A DNA stretch of 63,604 nucleotides, counting the filler. It is 4 parts of 4 records of this genome, joined end to end, with 100 filler letters (N's around TTAATTAATTAA, not from the genome) between each part and the next. Parts side by side here need not be neighbours in the genome. Positions count along the whole stretch, not along the records: positions 1 to 28,661 come from SRR20825019_1382; 3 more parts are not named here. The stretch is one strand, 5' to 3'. Made by a program: the position numbers and the translations under genes. Of this stretch, positions 1 through 14,609 are shown one piece after another (positions within the stretch are counted from its first letter, which is position 1; each line of letters starts with the position of its first letter). Below the pieces are notes generated by a model. That model was not told the DNA's origin. It did not search any database and saw only the letters and a program-made list of their open reading frames with translations.

Positions 1-54
1 CATGGTGACTTCAAAACCGAAACGCATATCCGAGTATTCTGGTGTAGTCCACAT
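1..54 (-). CDS. pqqA: PQQ precursor peptide PqqA (3' end truncated by window edge)
   Basis: Manual translation MWTTPEYSDMRFGFEVTM matches the PqqA pattern (MW..P...D.R.GFEVT.Y). RBS-like AGAGGA at ~62-67. Absent from the ORF track. Confidence 0.92.
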   Translation of the reverse strand, partial: MWTTPEYSDMRFGFEVTM

Positions 55-178
55 AATGATTTCCTCTGTTAATAGAAGGTGCGTTAACAGGCCTCCCTGT
101 TAACGTTAATGACATTCTGGCTGATGAAAATATACAAGTAAAACGATAGTTTTCTATTACTGCTATCGCTATAAGCGA

Positions 179-1132
179 TTATTGCTGAGCCAGCCAATCA
201 TCATCGGATTCCTCATTCATGCCTTCAAACAGGTAAGTCGACAGATAACGCTCACCGGTATCGGGCAGCATGGCCAGAATGGTCGAACCGGCTTCGGCTT
301 TCTCTGCCACTTTCATCGCTGCTGCCAAAGTACCGCCACAGGACAGGCCGACAAAAATGCCTTCTTCACTGGCAAGTCGCAGCGCCCAGTCTTTGGCTTC
401 TTCATCAGTGACCGGATAGAGCTCGTCATGAATGTCACGATTCAGTACATCGGGAACAAAGTCCGGGGTCCAGCCCTGGATCTTGTGTGGATTCCAGTCA
501 CCCCCAGCCAGCAGGGAAGCCGCGGCAGGCTCAGTTGCGACAATTTTGGTGTCGGGTCGGGCCAGTTTGATCATTTCACCGGCACCGGTCAGTGTGCCAC
601 CGGTACCCCAGCCGGAGACCCAGTAATCAAGTCGCTTGCCGGCAAAGTCGCTCAAAATTTCAGGACCGGTCGTATTGCGGTGGAATGCCGGGTTAGCGGG
701 ATTTTCAAACTGACGCGCCAGAAACCAGCCGTGTTTCTCCGCCAATTCCTGCGCCTTTTTCACCATCCCGGTACCTTTTTCGGCAGCAGGTGTCAGGATA
801 ACCTTAGCACCCAGGGCACGCATGATCTTGCGGCGTTCTACGGAGAAGGTCTCAACCATAGTGGCAACAAACGGATACCCCTTGGCGGCACAGACCATAG
901 CCAGTGCAATACCAGTGTTACCGGAAGTGGCTTCTACAACGGTCTGGCCCGGTTTAAGCGCGCCACGCTTTTCAGCATCATCGATCACTGCGAAAGCGAG
1001 CCGGTCCTTGACCGAGCCCATTGGGTTAAAGGATTCGACCTTCACATACATATCAACGTGATCGGGGGCGATATTATTGAGACGGACAACCGGGGTGTTA
1101 CCGATAGTATCGAGAATGCTGTTGTAGATCAT
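179..1132 (-). CDS. cysK: Cysteine synthase A
   Basis: PLP lysine motif SVKDR, EATSGNTG, GTGGT, PDTGERYLST. Confidence 0.95.
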   Translation of the reverse strand: MIYNSILDTIGNTPVVRLNNIAPDHVDMYVKVESFNPMGSVKDRLAFAVIDDAEKRGALKPGQTVVEATSGNTGIALAMVCAAKGYPFVATMVETFSVERRKIMRALGAKVILTPAAEKGTGMVKKAQELAEKHGWFLARQFENPANPAFHRNTTGPEILSDFAGKRLDYWVSGWGTGGTLTGAGEMIKLARPDTKIVATEPAAASLLAGGDWNPHKIQGWTPDFVPDVLNRDIHDELYPVTDEEAKDWALRLASEEGIFVGLSCGGTLAAAMKVAEKAEAGSTILAMLPDTGERYLSTYLFEGMNEESDDDWLAQQ

Positions 1133-1236
1133 AACTAAATTTTCTTGTTGGTAAGTTGAGTAGCAAGCTTACATCAATTTACGTCACGGGAAAAAATGTC
1201 AGGTTTATCTTAACTTAAAATACTGTTTAGCCGGGT

Positions 1237-1452
1237 TCAGAGTCCGCCGTTTTCATAATCTTCAATCAGTGCTTCGGCGCGGGATTGATCGTTTTCATCG
1301 ACGAAGACATGAGCAAAATCGGTGGCAGGTAGATCGCCGACCGCGCCCTGCAGGTAATGACCGCCGACATGGCAGTCTATGCCATGACTCTTGAGCATGC
1401 CCGCGACGATATGGGCTTCGAGAATATTGTTGGCACGAAACACCAGTTGCAT
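1237..1452 (-). CDS. DUF2007-like small putative signal-transducing protein
   Basis: 71 aa, EAHIVAGMLKSHGI pattern; RBS-like GGAG upstream. Confidence 0.7.
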   Translation of the reverse strand: MQLVFRANNILEAHIVAGMLKSHGIDCHVGGHYLQGAVGDLPATDFAHVFVDENDQSRAEALIEDYENGGL

Positions 1453-1506
1453 AAAGGGCTCCGGTTGCTGGGCCTGTAAATTTTCAGTGTAGCGCGTTGT
1501 TCAATA

Positions 1507-1535
1507 CAAAAACAGCTACCGAGGTAGCTGTTTTG
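1507..1535 (-). terminator. Intrinsic terminator after the nqr/CBS operon
   Basis: Inverted repeat AAAACAGCTACC/GGTAGCTGTTTT. Confidence 0.75.
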
Positions 1536-1559
1536 AATCAAGCGTCAGCGGCTGTGCTG

Positions 1560-2024
1560 TCAGTTCGGGCTGCTGACATGAATCTGTTGTTTGGTAGATT
1601 GCTTGGCGGGTTTCTTGTGGCTTTCGATATTGGCCGTTGTTTCCAGTGCCTTAAGAATATTCTGGCGGGTGATGGAACCAACCAGACGGTTATCTTTGAC
1701 GACCGGCAGACATTTGAATGCGGTTTGCAGGAAGGTTTCAGCGACTTCAATGATCGATGACTCAACATCAACTGTCTGGCAACCCTCATGCATGAACTCC
1801 GCTACTTTACCGGCGGCTTCACCCTGGTAGGCGGCGTTCAATGCCACCTTCATACAGTCTTTTTCCGACAGGAATCCGATCAGGTTACCGTGATGATCAA
1901 TCACCGGGGCACCGGAAATTTTGAATTCAATCAGTTGATGAATCGCACGCAACACGTCCATATCGGGTGTGAAGGTGATTTTGGTGCCATTCATATAGTC
2001 TTTTACTTTCAACGGTGCGAGCAT
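1560..2024 (-). CDS. CBS-domain pair protein
   Basis: Tandem CBS motifs (ISGAPVID..GFLSEKD; CLPVVKD..VGSITR). Confidence 0.85.
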   Translation of the reverse strand: MLAPLKVKDYMNGTKITFTPDMDVLRAIHQLIEFKISGAPVIDHHGNLIGFLSEKDCMKVALNAAYQGEAAGKVAEFMHEGCQTVDVESSIIEVAETFLQTAFKCLPVVKDNRLVGSITRQNILKALETTANIESHKKPAKQSTKQQIHVSSPN

Positions 2025-2042
2025 GGCTTCTCTCCTGTGACC

Positions 2043-2240
2043 TTATTGTTGTTCTGCTTTACGGCGGGCACATTCCTCTTTTTCTTCGAGGGAGCAGGCG
2101 CCGCCGCAGCTACCGCCCAAGCCAACCTGATTGAGACCGCCGCAACTGCCCTTGATCGAGGAACGACCAAAGATGACGCCGATGGCCATACCGGCCACGA
2201 CAAGCAGTAAGATAATAAAAGCGGCGATAAACGTGGTCAT
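2043..2240 (-). CDS. nqrM: Na+-NQR maturation factor NqrM
   Basis: N-terminal TM helix plus IKGSCGGL and further Cys residues; directly after nqrF. Confidence 0.85.
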   Translation of the reverse strand: MTTFIAAFIILLLVVAGMAIGVIFGRSSIKGSCGGLNQVGLGGSCGGACSLEEKEECARRKAEQQ

Positions 2241-3458
2241 TTAGCCTCCGAAGTCGTCAAGCAGGATATTCTCTCGCTCGACACCCAGATCCTCCAGTAG
2301 ACGGATAACCGCTGCGTTCATCATCGGTGGACCACAGATGTAGAACTCACAGTCTTCCGGTGCCGGATGATCTTTCAGATAATTGTCATACAGCACGTTG
2401 TGTATAAAGCCAGTGTACCCCTGCCAGTTATCTTCGGGAAGAGGGTCGGAGAGAGCGACATTCCAGGTGAAGTTATCGTTCTCAGCAGCCAGCTGATCGA
2501 AATCTTCGGTGTAGAACATTTCACGCAGACTGCGGGCACCGTACCAGAAGGTCATCTTGCGTTTGCTCTTCAGACGACCCAACTGATCGAAGATATGCGA
2601 ACGCATCGGCGCCATACCGGCACCCCCACCGATAAAGATCATTTCCTTGTCGGTATCCTTGGCAAAGAACTCACCGAAAGGTCCGGAAATCGTTACTTTA
2701 TCGCCCGGCTTCAGGTCGAAGATGTAGGAAGACATCTGACCCGGCGGGATATCGTCCTGATCCGGTGGCGGCGATGCAATACGGACGTTGAGCATCACAA
2801 CGCCTTTTTCCAGCGGATAGTTGGCCATGGAGTAGGCGCGCACCACATCTTCTTTGACCACAGACTTGTAACGCCACATATCGTAGCGATCCCAGTCACC
2901 GCGATAGTCGTCTTCAATGGTGAAGTTTTTATATTCGACGGTGTGTGGCGGACATTCGATCTGAATAAAACCACCGGCGCGGAATTTCACGTCTTCGCCT
3001 TCCGGCAGCTCCAGTACCAGTTCCTTGATGAAGGTGGCGACATTGTGATTGGAGCGAACGGTGCATTCCCATTTTTTGACGCCGAAGACTTCCTCCGGTA
3101 CTTCGATTTTCATATCCTGTTTGACCGAGACCTGGCAGGACAGACGCTCACCGTCATTCGCTTCACGCTTGGTGATATGCGACTCTTCGGTAGGCAGGAT
3201 AGAGCCACCACCCTCAAATATTTTGACCTTGCACTGGCCACAGGTGCCACCACCGCCGCAAGCGGAGGATACAAACAGATCCGCATCCGCCAGCGCGCCC
3301 AGCAATTTACTGCCCGGCTTGGTGGTGATGGTCTTTTCGTCATTGATAATGATATTCACATCACCGGTGGAGACCAGCCGTGATCGTGCACCCAAGATCA
3401 GAAAGACCAGGGCCATGATGATCAATGTGAAAAGTACGATACCGAGTATGATTTCCAT
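2241..3458 (-). CDS. nqrF: Na+-translocating NADH:quinone reductase subunit F
   Basis: 2Fe-2S motif [27 protein letters not shown], ends DDFGG. Confidence 0.97.
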   Translation of the reverse strand: MEIILGIVLFTLIIMALVFLILGARSRLVSTGDVNIIINDEKTITTKPGSKLLGALADADLFVSSACGGGGTCGQCKVKIFEGGGSILPTEESHITKREANDGERLSCQVSVKQDMKIEVPEEVFGVKKWECTVRSNHNVATFIKELVLELPEGEDVKFRAGGFIQIECPPHTVEYKNFTIEDDYRGDWDRYDMWRYKSVVKEDVVRAYSMANYPLEKGVVMLNVRIASPPPDQDDIPPGQMSSYIFDLKPGDKVTISGPFGEFFAKDTDKEMIFIGGGAGMAPMRSHIFDQLGRLKSKRKMTFWYGARSLREMFYTEDFDQLAAENDNFTWNVALSDPLPEDNWQGYTGFIHNVLYDNYLKDHPAPEDCEFYICGPPMMNAAVIRLLEDLGVERENILLDDFGG

Positions 3459-4066
3459 TACAGCTGTATCCCCGAAAATGACATAAATCCAAGCGCCATC
3501 AGACCCGCGGTAATAAAGGTGATACCCAGACCCTGCAAACCGTCAGGCACGTCGGAATATTTGAGTTTCTCGCGAATACCGGCAATCGCGGTAATCGCCA
3601 GTGCCCAGCCGACACCACTGCCCAGTCCGTAGGTGACACTCTCTGCGAAATTGTAATCGCGCTCGACCATGAACAGGGTGCCGCCGAGAATGGCGCAGTT
3701 AACGGTAATCAGCGGCAGGAAGATGCCCAGCGCGTTGTACAAAGCCGGTACATATTTATCCATCGCCATTTCCAGGATCTGGACCATGGCGGCGATAACG
3801 CCGATGTAGCTGATTAGACCCAGGAAGCTCAGGTCGACTTCCGGCAGACCGGCCCAGGCCAGTGCACCGTCTTTCAGCAGATATTGATAAATCAGGTTAT
3901 TGGCCGGCACGGTGATGCTTTGTACCAGAACCACGGCGATGCCAAGACCCAATGCGGTTTCAATTTTTTTGGAGACCGCCAGGAAAGTACACATACCCAG
4001 GAAGAAGGCCAGGGCCAGGTTCTCGACAAAAATCGAGCGGATAAAGAGGCTCAGATAATGTTCCAT
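3458..4066 (-). CDS. nqrE: Na+-NQR subunit E
   Basis: [24 protein letters not shown]; operon order. Confidence 0.97.
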   Translation of the reverse strand: MEHYLSLFIRSIFVENLALAFFLGMCTFLAVSKKIETALGLGIAVVLVQSITVPANNLIYQYLLKDGALAWAGLPEVDLSFLGLISYIGVIAAMVQILEMAMDKYVPALYNALGIFLPLITVNCAILGGTLFMVERDYNFAESVTYGLGSGVGWALAITAIAGIREKLKYSDVPDGLQGLGITFITAGLMALGFMSFSGIQL

Positions 4067-4729
4067 TTACAGCACCTCCGTCCGGTGAACCTGGTGAATC
4101 TGATAGTCCGGTTTTTCCACCTGCTCTTTCTTCCAGGTGCGGATTGCCCAGATCATCAGACCAATCACAAAAAAGGCACTGGGCGGCAGCAGCATCAGGC
4201 CGTTGGGGATATACCAACCACCTTCACTGGCGACCGGAATGACCGTGACACCAAACAGTTTGCCAGCACCCAGCAGCTCGCGGAAAAACGCGACGGACAT
4301 CAGGATCAGACTGTAACCCAGACCGTTACCCAGGCCATCGAGGAAACTCATCAGCGGTGGATTTTTCATCGCATAAGCTTCAGCACGGCCCAGTACGATG
4401 CAGTTGGTGATAATCAGACCGACGAATACAGATAACTGTTTACTGGCTTCATAGGCATAGGCTTTGAGGACCTGGTCCACGATAATGACCAGCGAGGCAA
4501 TGATGGTCATCTGGACGATGATGCGGATATTGCCCGGAATATGTTTACGGATGGCACTGATAAAGGCGCCCGAGAAGGCGGTTACCGTGGTCAGTGCGAT
4601 ACACATGATGAGCGAGGCCATCATGTTGGTAGTCACCGCCAAAGCCGAACAAATGCCCAGTACCTGCAGGGTGATGGGATTATTGTCGATTAACGGATCG
4701 ATAACATTGGTTTTAGCTTGACTTGCCAT
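4067..4729 (-). CDS. nqrD: Na+-NQR subunit D
   Basis: [19 protein letters not shown]; operon order. Confidence 0.97.
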   Translation of the reverse strand: MASQAKTNVIDPLIDNNPITLQVLGICSALAVTTNMMASLIMCIALTTVTAFSGAFISAIRKHIPGNIRIIVQMTIIASLVIIVDQVLKAYAYEASKQLSVFVGLIITNCIVLGRAEAYAMKNPPLMSFLDGLGNGLGYSLILMSVAFFRELLGAGKLFGVTVIPVASEGGWYIPNGLMLLPPSAFFVIGLMIWAIRTWKKEQVEKPDYQIHQVHRTEVL

Positions 4730-4732
4730 CTG

Positions 4733-5557
4733 TTATTTCTCCAATTCGGTACGCATGTTTTTCAGATAAGGTCCGAAGCCGTGATCACCCAGCCAGTATT
4801 GCAGCAGGTTAGTGACGCCGTTACTGGTCAATGTGGCACCAGACAGGCCGTCGACTTTATGCTCGGCATTGGCCGTTTTCTTATCCACGTAACCGCGGAC
4901 GACACGGATTTCGACATTACCTTCTTCATCAAAGACTTTTTTGCCATCCCACTTGGCACGCCATTTCGGGTTGTCCACTTCACCGCCCAGACCGGGGGTT
5001 TCGGCATGTTCGTAGAAACGCAGGCCGGTGATGGTGTTGAAGTCGCCTTCCAGTGATAAAAAGCCGTACAGGGTCGACCATAGACCGTAGCCATGAACCG
5101 GCAGCACCACCTGTTTGATGGTATCGCCCTCGGTGAGCAGATAAACCGGTGCCATATTGGCACGGCGACTAATGCCGGCAATATCCTGCCCACCAGGCAA
5201 CTCGACGCTCATCATCGGATCAGCAGAGGCTTTACGCTGGTCATAGACCACCGGGTCGATATCGGTATGTGCATAGAGGCCGGTATCCAGATCAACCAGC
5301 TTAACGTCAAAGCGGCTGAACAGCTCATCCAGACTCCCATCCTGATCGCTCAGACCGGTGACAGCCAGAATATTGCGTTTGATATCGTCCTTTTTATTGC
5401 TGGTCTGTAACGGCTTTAATGAAACTGCCGCGGTTGATACCAGAATCGAACAGACCAGGCACAACAGGATTGCAACAAACAGGGTTTTCTTGGGATTGTC
5501 ATTGGGCAGACTTAAAAAGCTGCCTAATAATCCTTTTTTCTCAGTTGAATCAGCCAT
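4733..5557 (-). CDS. nqrC: Na+-NQR subunit C
   Basis: FMN attachment motif [22 protein letters not shown] at 5557 overlapping the nqrB end chosen. Confidence 0.95.
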   Translation of the reverse strand: MADSTEKKGLLGSFLSLPNDNPKKTLFVAILLCLVCSILVSTAAVSLKPLQTSNKKDDIKRNILAVTGLSDQDGSLDELFSRFDVKLVDLDTGLYAHTDIDPVVYDQRKASADPMMSVELPGGQDIAGISRRANMAPVYLLTEGDTIKQVVLPVHGYGLWSTLYGFLSLEGDFNTITGLRFYEHAETPGLGGEVDNPKWRAKWDGKKVFDEEGNVEIRVVRGYVDKKTANAEHKVDGLSGATLTSNGVTNLLQYWLGDHGFGPYLKNMRTELEK

Positions 5558-6770
5558 TGACTTCACTTCGTTTCAATCTGCGTTTAATGTTGGCCTGCAT
5601 CACAAAGTGATCGATCAGCGGCGCAAACATATTACCGAACAGGATCGCCAGCATGATGCCTTCCGGGAAGGCAGGGTTGACCACACGGATCAGGACCGCC
5701 ATGAAACCAATCAGGAAGCCGTAAATCCAGCGGCCTTTATCGGTCATGGCAGCAGAGACCGGATCTGTCGCCATAAACACCATACCGAAGGCGATACCGC
5801 CAATCGACATATGCCAGTACCAGGGCACACTGAACATCGGGTTGGTATCGCTACCTATCAGGTTGAACAGCAGGGTGGTGGCGACCATGCCGAAAAAGAC
5901 ACCGAAAATAATCCGGTAGTTAGCCACCCGGGTGTATATCAGGAACGCGGCCCCTATCAGGATAGCCAGCGTTGAGGTTTCCCCCAAAGAGCCAGGAATC
6001 ATACCGAAGAAGGTTTGTGACCAGGTATAGCCGGCTTCTTTAATTGCTTCAACACCGCCTGCTGCTGCGAGTGCTAGTGGTGTAGCCCCGGTATAGCCAT
6101 CAACGGCGGTCCAGACTGCATCGCCCGACATCGCCGCCGGATAGGCAAAATAGAGGAATGCGCGACCGGTCAGCGCCGGGTTGAGGAAGTTTTTACCGGT
6201 ACCACCGAACACCTCTTTACCCAGCACCACGCCGAAGATAATGCCCAGCGCCACCATCCACAATGGCGTGGAGGGGGGCAGGGTCAGGGTGTAGAGCATT
6301 GAGCTGACCAGGAAGCCCTCATTGACTTCATGATTCCTGACCGCGGCGAAGATGACTTCAAACAGGCCGCCGGCTGCCAGCGTCACGATATACATCGGCA
6401 GGAAGTAAAGCAGACCATGGAACATATTGGCGAACAGACTGTTGGGATCGTAACCGATACCCAGCGTACTCATCAGCCAGTGACGCCAGCCTTCCGCCTC
6501 GCTCATACCGATTTGTGCCATTGCCGAGTTGGCCTGGAAGCCGGTATTCCACAGCATTAACAGCAGCACCGGGAAGGTGGCGACAACGACATAACTCATG
6601 ACCCGCTTGAGGTCGATGGCGTCGCGAACATGCGGCGAACCGCGTGTCACATCCGCCGGCGAGTAGATGAAGGTATCGACCATCTCATACAGGGCGTAAT
6701 ACTTCTCGTAAGGGCCACCTTTCTGGAACTGCGGCTCAATACGATCAAGGAAACGTCTTAAACGCGCCAT
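5550..6770 (-). CDS. nqrB: Na+-NQR subunit B
   Basis: [16 protein letters not shown] site [16 protein letters not shown]. Confidence 0.97.
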   Translation of the reverse strand: MARLRRFLDRIEPQFQKGGPYEKYYALYEMVDTFIYSPADVTRGSPHVRDAIDLKRVMSYVVVATFPVLLLMLWNTGFQANSAMAQIGMSEAEGWRHWLMSTLGIGYDPNSLFANMFHGLLYFLPMYIVTLAAGGLFEVIFAAVRNHEVNEGFLVSSMLYTLTLPPSTPLWMVALGIIFGVVLGKEVFGGTGKNFLNPALTGRAFLYFAYPAAMSGDAVWTAVDGYTGATPLALAAAGGVEAIKEAGYTWSQTFFGMIPGSLGETSTLAILIGAAFLIYTRVANYRIIFGVFFGMVATTLLFNLIGSDTNPMFSVPWYWHMSIGGIAFGMVFMATDPVSAAMTDKGRWIYGFLIGFMAVLIRVVNPAFPEGIMLAILFGNMFAPLIDHFVMQANIKRRLKRSEVNG

Positions 6771-6772
6771 GA

Positions 6773-9414
<2,642 letters not shown>

Positions 9415-10509
9415 TTAGGGTTTTTGTGCCGGGATGATCGGGGTATCCGTCTTCACATCCATGTTCTGAGCGCGGTGGCGCAGCACATGATCCATCAGCA
9501 CCAGTGCCAGCATTGCTTCAGCAATCGGTGTCGCACGAATACCGACACACGGGTCATGGCGGCCTTTGGTGACAACCTCGATCGGCTTGCCTTCCTTGTC
9601 GATACTGCGGCCTGGAATGCTCAGGCTGGATGTCGCTTTCAGTGCCATGGAGACCCGAAGGTCCTGACCACTGGTAATCCCTCCAAGGGTACCGCCGGCA
9701 TTATTGCTGACGAAACCTTCCGGCGTGATTTCATCGCGGTGCTCGCTACCCTTCTGGGTCACCGCGTCGAAGCCGGCACCGATTTCAACGCCCTTGACGG
9801 CATTAATACTCATCATTGCATGGGCAATATCGGCATCAATACGATCAAAAATGGGTTCCCCCAGTCCTGGCGGTACGTGACGTGCCACGACATTGATACG
9901 GGCACCAATCGAGTCACCTTTCAAGGACTTCATATAGTCTTCCAGTGCCTGTTCTTTATCCGGATCAGGGCAAAAGAAAGCGCTTTTGTCGATGTGGCTC
10001 CAGTCGACCTTTTCGATTTTTACCGGACCCAGTTGGGCAAGGTAACCCTGAATTTCTATGCCGTACCGTTCACGCAGATACTTTTTGGCAATACCGCCGG
10101 CAGCCACACGCATCGCGGTTTCGCGCGCAGAAGAACGGCCGCCGCCACGATAGTCGCGAACACCGTATTTCTGCTGATAGCTATAGTCCGCATGAGCCGG
10201 GCGGAACTGATTCATGATATTGCCGTAGTCTTTGGAGCGCTGGTCCGTGTTTTCGATCAACATGCCGATCGGGGTGCCTGTGGTCTTGCCTTCGAAAACA
10301 CCAGACAGAATTTTGACTTCATCGGCTTCTTTTCGCTGGGTGACAAAGCGGGTCTTACCCGGTTTGCGACGGTCCAGATCATTCTGCAGATCGGCTTCGC
10401 TTAGTTCCAGTCCCGGCGGGCAGCCGTCGACGATACAGCCGATTGCCGGACCGTGGCTCTCGCCGAAGCTAGTGACAGTGAACAGTTTTCCAAAAGTGTT
10501 ACCAGACAT
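9415..10509 (-). CDS. aroC: Chorismate synthase
   Basis: [25 protein letters not shown]; true start ATG 10509. Confidence 0.97.
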   Translation of the reverse strand: MSGNTFGKLFTVTSFGESHGPAIGCIVDGCPPGLELSEADLQNDLDRRKPGKTRFVTQRKEADEVKILSGVFEGKTTGTPIGMLIENTDQRSKDYGNIMNQFRPAHADYSYQQKYGVRDYRGGGRSSARETAMRVAAGGIAKKYLRERYGIEIQGYLAQLGPVKIEKVDWSHIDKSAFFCPDPDKEQALEDYMKSLKGDSIGARINVVARHVPPGLGEPIFDRIDADIAHAMMSINAVKGVEIGAGFDAVTQKGSEHRDEITPEGFVSNNAGGTLGGITSGQDLRVSMALKATSSLSIPGRSIDKEGKPIEVVTKGRHDPCVGIRATPIAEAMLALVLMDHVLRHRAQNMDVKTDTPIIPAQKP

Positions 10510-10522
10510 AAATAATTCCGAG

Positions 10523-11881
10523 CTAGATAATAAACAGCGTGGCAAAACCGAGGAAGGCCATAAAACCGACCACATCCGTCACGGTGGTGAGCAAAACGCT
10601 GCCCGACAAAGCCGGGTCGATGCCGATCCGTTTCAAGGCCAGAGGGATAGTCACCCCGGCAACGGCAGCGGCAAACAAATTAATAATGATAGCAAGACCA
10701 ATCAGAATAGCGATGGATGCCTGCTGAAACCAGAAATAGGTGACCAGTGCGATGGCCAGCGCCCAAATCACACCGTTACTGATGCCGACCAGGATTTCCT
10801 TGCGCAATAACCAGCGCTGGTTTTTGTCATTAAGCTGACCCAGCGCCATTGAGCGGATTACCAGCGTCAGCGTCTGGCTGCCGGCGATACCGCCCATGCT
10901 GGCAACAATCGGCATCAATACGGCCAGCGCCACCACTTTTTCGATAGTGGTATCGAACAGTCCAATGACCCAGGAGGCCAGAAAGGCGGTCAGCAAATTG
11001 ACGCCGAGCCAGACCGAACGGCGATTGACACTGCGTTTGACGCCCGCAAAGGTGTCTTCATCTTCGCCCAGACCGGCCATGCTCAGCATCGAATGCTCGG
11101 CATCATCCCGGATAACGTCGACCACGTCATCGATAGTGATACGACCCAGCAGATGATTATCCTTATCAATAACCGGGGCAGAAATCAGGTCATGTTTCTC
11201 GAAGCGGCGGGCCACATCGCGATCCGACATATTGGCTGGAATCGGCTCCACCTGATGCGACATCACTTCACTGACCATTAAAGAGCGACTGCGGCTGACC
11301 ACCTGTGACAGCCTCAGGGTGCCCAGATAATGATCATTGTGATCGACGACATATAAACTGTCGGTATTTTCCGGCAGTTCCCCCAACATGCGCAGGTAAC
11401 GCAATACCACTTCCAGCGTAATATCAGTACGCACGGTGATGACGTCGGTGTTCATCAAACCGCCGGCGGTGTCCTCTTCGTAGCCAAGGACGGCTTCAAC
11501 CCGACGCCGGTGCTGGCCGTCCATTGCCCTCAGTACTTCATGCACGATGTGATCGGGCAGATCCTGAAGAATGTCCGCCACATCGTCCGTATCCAGATCT
11601 TCGGTCGCGTTGATGAGGTCGGCGGTGTCCATTTCCGTCATCAGATCGGTACGGACTTCCTCGCCCATGTAGGACAGTACATCACCACGCAGATCGGGGT
11701 TGATCAGCGGCCAGCAGATTTTACGTTCGTTGGGGGGCAGGGATTCCAGCAGATGCGCCGTTTCCGCTGGATGCAGGCCGGCCAGCAATCGACGCATGCG
11801 CACAAAGCGGCCGCTCTGCAACGCATCGGCAAGGGTATCGATTGAATGATTCAGCGTGTGATGTTGGTCCAGCTCTGACAT
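10523..11881 (-). CDS. mgtE: Magnesium transporter MgtE
   Basis: N-domain, CBS pair (TAGGLM, GRITIDD), TM domain with MGGIAGSQ and TTVTD. Confidence 0.95.
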   Translation of the reverse strand: MSELDQHHTLNHSIDTLADALQSGRFVRMRRLLAGLHPAETAHLLESLPPNERKICWPLINPDLRGDVLSYMGEEVRTDLMTEMDTADLINATEDLDTDDVADILQDLPDHIVHEVLRAMDGQHRRRVEAVLGYEEDTAGGLMNTDVITVRTDITLEVVLRYLRMLGELPENTDSLYVVDHNDHYLGTLRLSQVVSRSRSLMVSEVMSHQVEPIPANMSDRDVARRFEKHDLISAPVIDKDNHLLGRITIDDVVDVIRDDAEHSMLSMAGLGEDEDTFAGVKRSVNRRSVWLGVNLLTAFLASWVIGLFDTTIEKVVALAVLMPIVASMGGIAGSQTLTLVIRSMALGQLNDKNQRWLLRKEILVGISNGVIWALAIALVTYFWFQQASIAILIGLAIIINLFAAAVAGVTIPLALKRIGIDPALSGSVLLTTVTDVVGFMAFLGFATLFII

Positions 11882-12041
11882 TTCCAGGTCTCAACGGCGG
11901 CGGTGATTCGGATCCGTGCTTCGGCCGCTATTTTAGCCTGCTTGCCGGCGGCTGAATAGCGCCGGCCCCGGATTAGATTTAATGCAGAGCGATGTCAGAA
12001 CAAGTTAAGCCCGCTTCGGGAGAGAGGTCGCGAAGCGGTTT

Positions 12042-13790
12042 TTAGTGGTCGGGGCCGTTGATTTGTTCCAGCAGCATATCGACTTCCAGCGGGTCAGTCG
12101 CGTTCATGATTTCCAGAGTATTAATCGGCAACTGGCTCAGGTCGGTTTCATTGATGACCTGTTTGACCTCCAGCAGCGCGTTGGGGTGCATACTGAAGCT
12201 TTCCAGCCCCATCGCCAGCAGCAGGCGGGTATAGCGGGGGTCACCGGCCATTTCACCACACATCGACACTTCCACATTATGTTTCTTACCGGCGCGCAGC
12301 GTCATGTGGATCAGTCGCAGCACGGCAGGATGTAAGGGGTCATAAAGATAGTTGACGTGGTCATCGATACGGTCGATAGCCAGCGTGTACTGAATCAGGT
12401 CATTGGTACCGATTGACAGAAAGTCGACATGGCGCGCGAACATTTCGGCGCAGACGGCACTGGCCGGGATCTCAATCATCGCACCGATCTTGATGTGGTG
12501 ATCGTATTCCAGATGTTCCATGTCGAGTTCGTGCTTGCATTGCTCAAGGATATGTCTGGCCTGCAATAGCTCATGCATGGTCGATATCATCGGGAACATG
12601 ACTTTGATCTTGCCGTAGGCAGAAGCCCGCAGAATCGCCCGCAGCTGGGTACGGAACATGGTGGGCTGACTGAGGCATAGCCGGATAGCACGCAGGCCCA
12701 GGGCCGGGTTGGTGACCACGGTCTGATTCAGATGACGGCCGCCATCGACCGTTTTATCAGCCCCGAGATCGAAGGTCCGGATCGTCACCGGCTGGCCGTT
12801 CATGCCCTCGACCACATCGCGGTAGGCGGCGAGCTGTTCCTCCTCTTCAGGCGGTGCCAGCCGGTTCATGTACAGAAACTCAGTCCGGTACAGGCCGATG
12901 CCCTGAGCGCCGGCGGCACTGATAGTTGTAATATCTTCCGGTAGCTCGGCATTAGCCAGCAAGGTAATCGATTTACCGTCCCGTGTTTTGGTCGGCTGGG
13001 ATTTATAGCGGCTGAGTGAAGAAATATGTTCACGGAAATCGACCAGCCGCCGCTCGTATTCTTCCTGCGTAGTTTCATCGGCGCCCAGCAGCATGATGCC
13101 GGTTTCACCGTCGACAATCAGCGGCTCGTTATCCTGAACATAACGTCTGACCGACTCAACACCGACAATGGCAGGAATGCCGAGACTGCGTGCCAGAATG
13201 GTGGTATGTGAGGTCGCGCCACCATGTTCGGTAACAAAGGCGACAATCCCCTGATGCTGCATCAGTACCGTATCAGCCGGGGTTAAATCCTCGGCGATGA
13301 TGATATGGCCTTTGAGACGGCCATCGGGGATTTCATGATCAGCCACTTCCTGATCCGTCAGTATGCGATGAATCCGGTTGACGACATGATCGACATCGTC
13401 GCGGCGGGTCCGGAGATAGGGATCATCCATCTCATTAAAGACGTTGATCAGGGCATCACGTTGCAACTGCAGGGCCCATTCAGCATTACAGCGGCGCTGA
13501 CGAATCATCTCGACCGGCACCTTGTTCAGCGACGAATCACCCAGCATCAGCAGGTGAGTATCGATGAATGAAGTCACGTCCGCCGGCGCATTGGCCGGAA
13601 TATGGTTACGGATCGATTTGAGCTGTTGTCTGGCCTGCTCGATAGCATCCTGAAAGCGATCGACTTCCTGCTCAATGGCAAAAGCCGGAATCAGATATTC
13701 ACGGACATCAGGTTGATTGTGAAAAAGGATATGGGCACGCCCCATCGCAATGCCACGAGAGACGCCGATACCCTGCAGCTCAAGTGTCAT
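12042..13790 (-). CDS. ptsI: PEP-protein phosphotransferase enzyme I (no N-terminal GAF domain)
   Basis: TSHT phospho-His motif, GLYRTEF, SIGTNDL, CGEMAGD; 582 aa. Confidence 0.93.
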   Translation of the reverse strand: MTLELQGIGVSRGIAMGRAHILFHNQPDVREYLIPAFAIEQEVDRFQDAIEQARQQLKSIRNHIPANAPADVTSFIDTHLLMLGDSSLNKVPVEMIRQRRCNAEWALQLQRDALINVFNEMDDPYLRTRRDDVDHVVNRIHRILTDQEVADHEIPDGRLKGHIIIAEDLTPADTVLMQHQGIVAFVTEHGGATSHTTILARSLGIPAIVGVESVRRYVQDNEPLIVDGETGIMLLGADETTQEEYERRLVDFREHISSLSRYKSQPTKTRDGKSITLLANAELPEDITTISAAGAQGIGLYRTEFLYMNRLAPPEEEEQLAAYRDVVEGMNGQPVTIRTFDLGADKTVDGGRHLNQTVVTNPALGLRAIRLCLSQPTMFRTQLRAILRASAYGKIKVMFPMISTMHELLQARHILEQCKHELDMEHLEYDHHIKIGAMIEIPASAVCAEMFARHVDFLSIGTNDLIQYTLAIDRIDDHVNYLYDPLHPAVLRLIHMTLRAGKKHNVEVSMCGEMAGDPRYTRLLLAMGLESFSMHPNALLEVKQVINETDLSQLPINTLEIMNATDPLEVDMLLEQINGPDH

Positions 13791-14056
13791 TCTCCTTCTC
13801 CAAAGTAATCATTGATAAGACTACTTATGGCATCCAGTGCAGCTTCTGCATCATCACCAATCGCATTGACCCGGATTTCAGTGCCTTTGGCAGCAGCCAG
13901 CATCATGACCCCCATAATGCTTTTGCCATTGACGCTGCGACCATCACGCGAAACGGTAATTTCTGACTGATAGGCCGAGGCCGTGGTCACAAATTTGGCG
14001 GCAGCGCGGGCATGCAGTCCAAGTTTATTAATAATTTTAAATGTCTGTTCCATCAT
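13787..14056 (-). CDS. ptsH: HPr/NPr phosphocarrier
   Basis: GLHARAA (His15) and GKSIMG (Ser46). Confidence 0.93.
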   Translation of the reverse strand: MMEQTFKIINKLGLHARAAAKFVTTASAYQSEITVSRDGRSVNGKSIMGVMMLAAAKGTEIRVNAIGDDAEAALDAISSLINDYFGEGE

Positions 14057-14460
14057 TTACTTGAGTATCCCGAGTGATGACAGCGGACCACACCTTCCTG
14101 GCCGCCACTCAGTGCTTTTACTTCCAGTTCATCCAGGCTCAATGCCGGATAATTCAGTACCCGGATCAGCATGGGCAGATTGAGTCCGGATACCACCCGG
14201 ATATCAGTGCGATCCGAGACTGCACAGGCGATATTACTCGGTGTCGAGCCGAACATATCGGTGAGAATCAAAATACCATTGCCCTGGTCCAGGCCCTTCA
14301 GATCTTCATCCAGTTCCAAGCGAATTGCTTCGGGACGATCTCTGGATTCAATCGACAGTACTTTGGTGGGCAAAGGACAACAGGACAGCATCTGACGCGC
14401 CGTGTTGATCAACTCGGTGCCGATGTTGTTATGTGATACGAGTAAAATGCCTACGGTCAT
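14053..14460 (-). CDS. PTS EIIA, mannose/fructose family
   Basis: ILLVSH, LTDMFGSTPSN, GLNLPML. Confidence 0.9.
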   Translation of the reverse strand: MTVGILLVSHNNIGTELINTARQMLSCCPLPTKVLSIESRDRPEAIRLELDEDLKGLDQGNGILILTDMFGSTPSNIACAVSDRTDIRVVSGLNLPMLIRVLNYPALSLDELEVKALSGGQEGVVRCHHSGYSSK

Positions 14461-14609
14461 CTCATCTCTCTGTAAAAACAGCTGCCGCGGTTATCGAGCC
14501 TGACACAGCGGCAGCCTTATGACGGCTTTGAATGTAATGGATATCCTCTGTACAGGCAAATATTAACAGCCTGCAGAGTCTGATAGTGCTGCCCATCCAT
14601 GAGCGGGAT

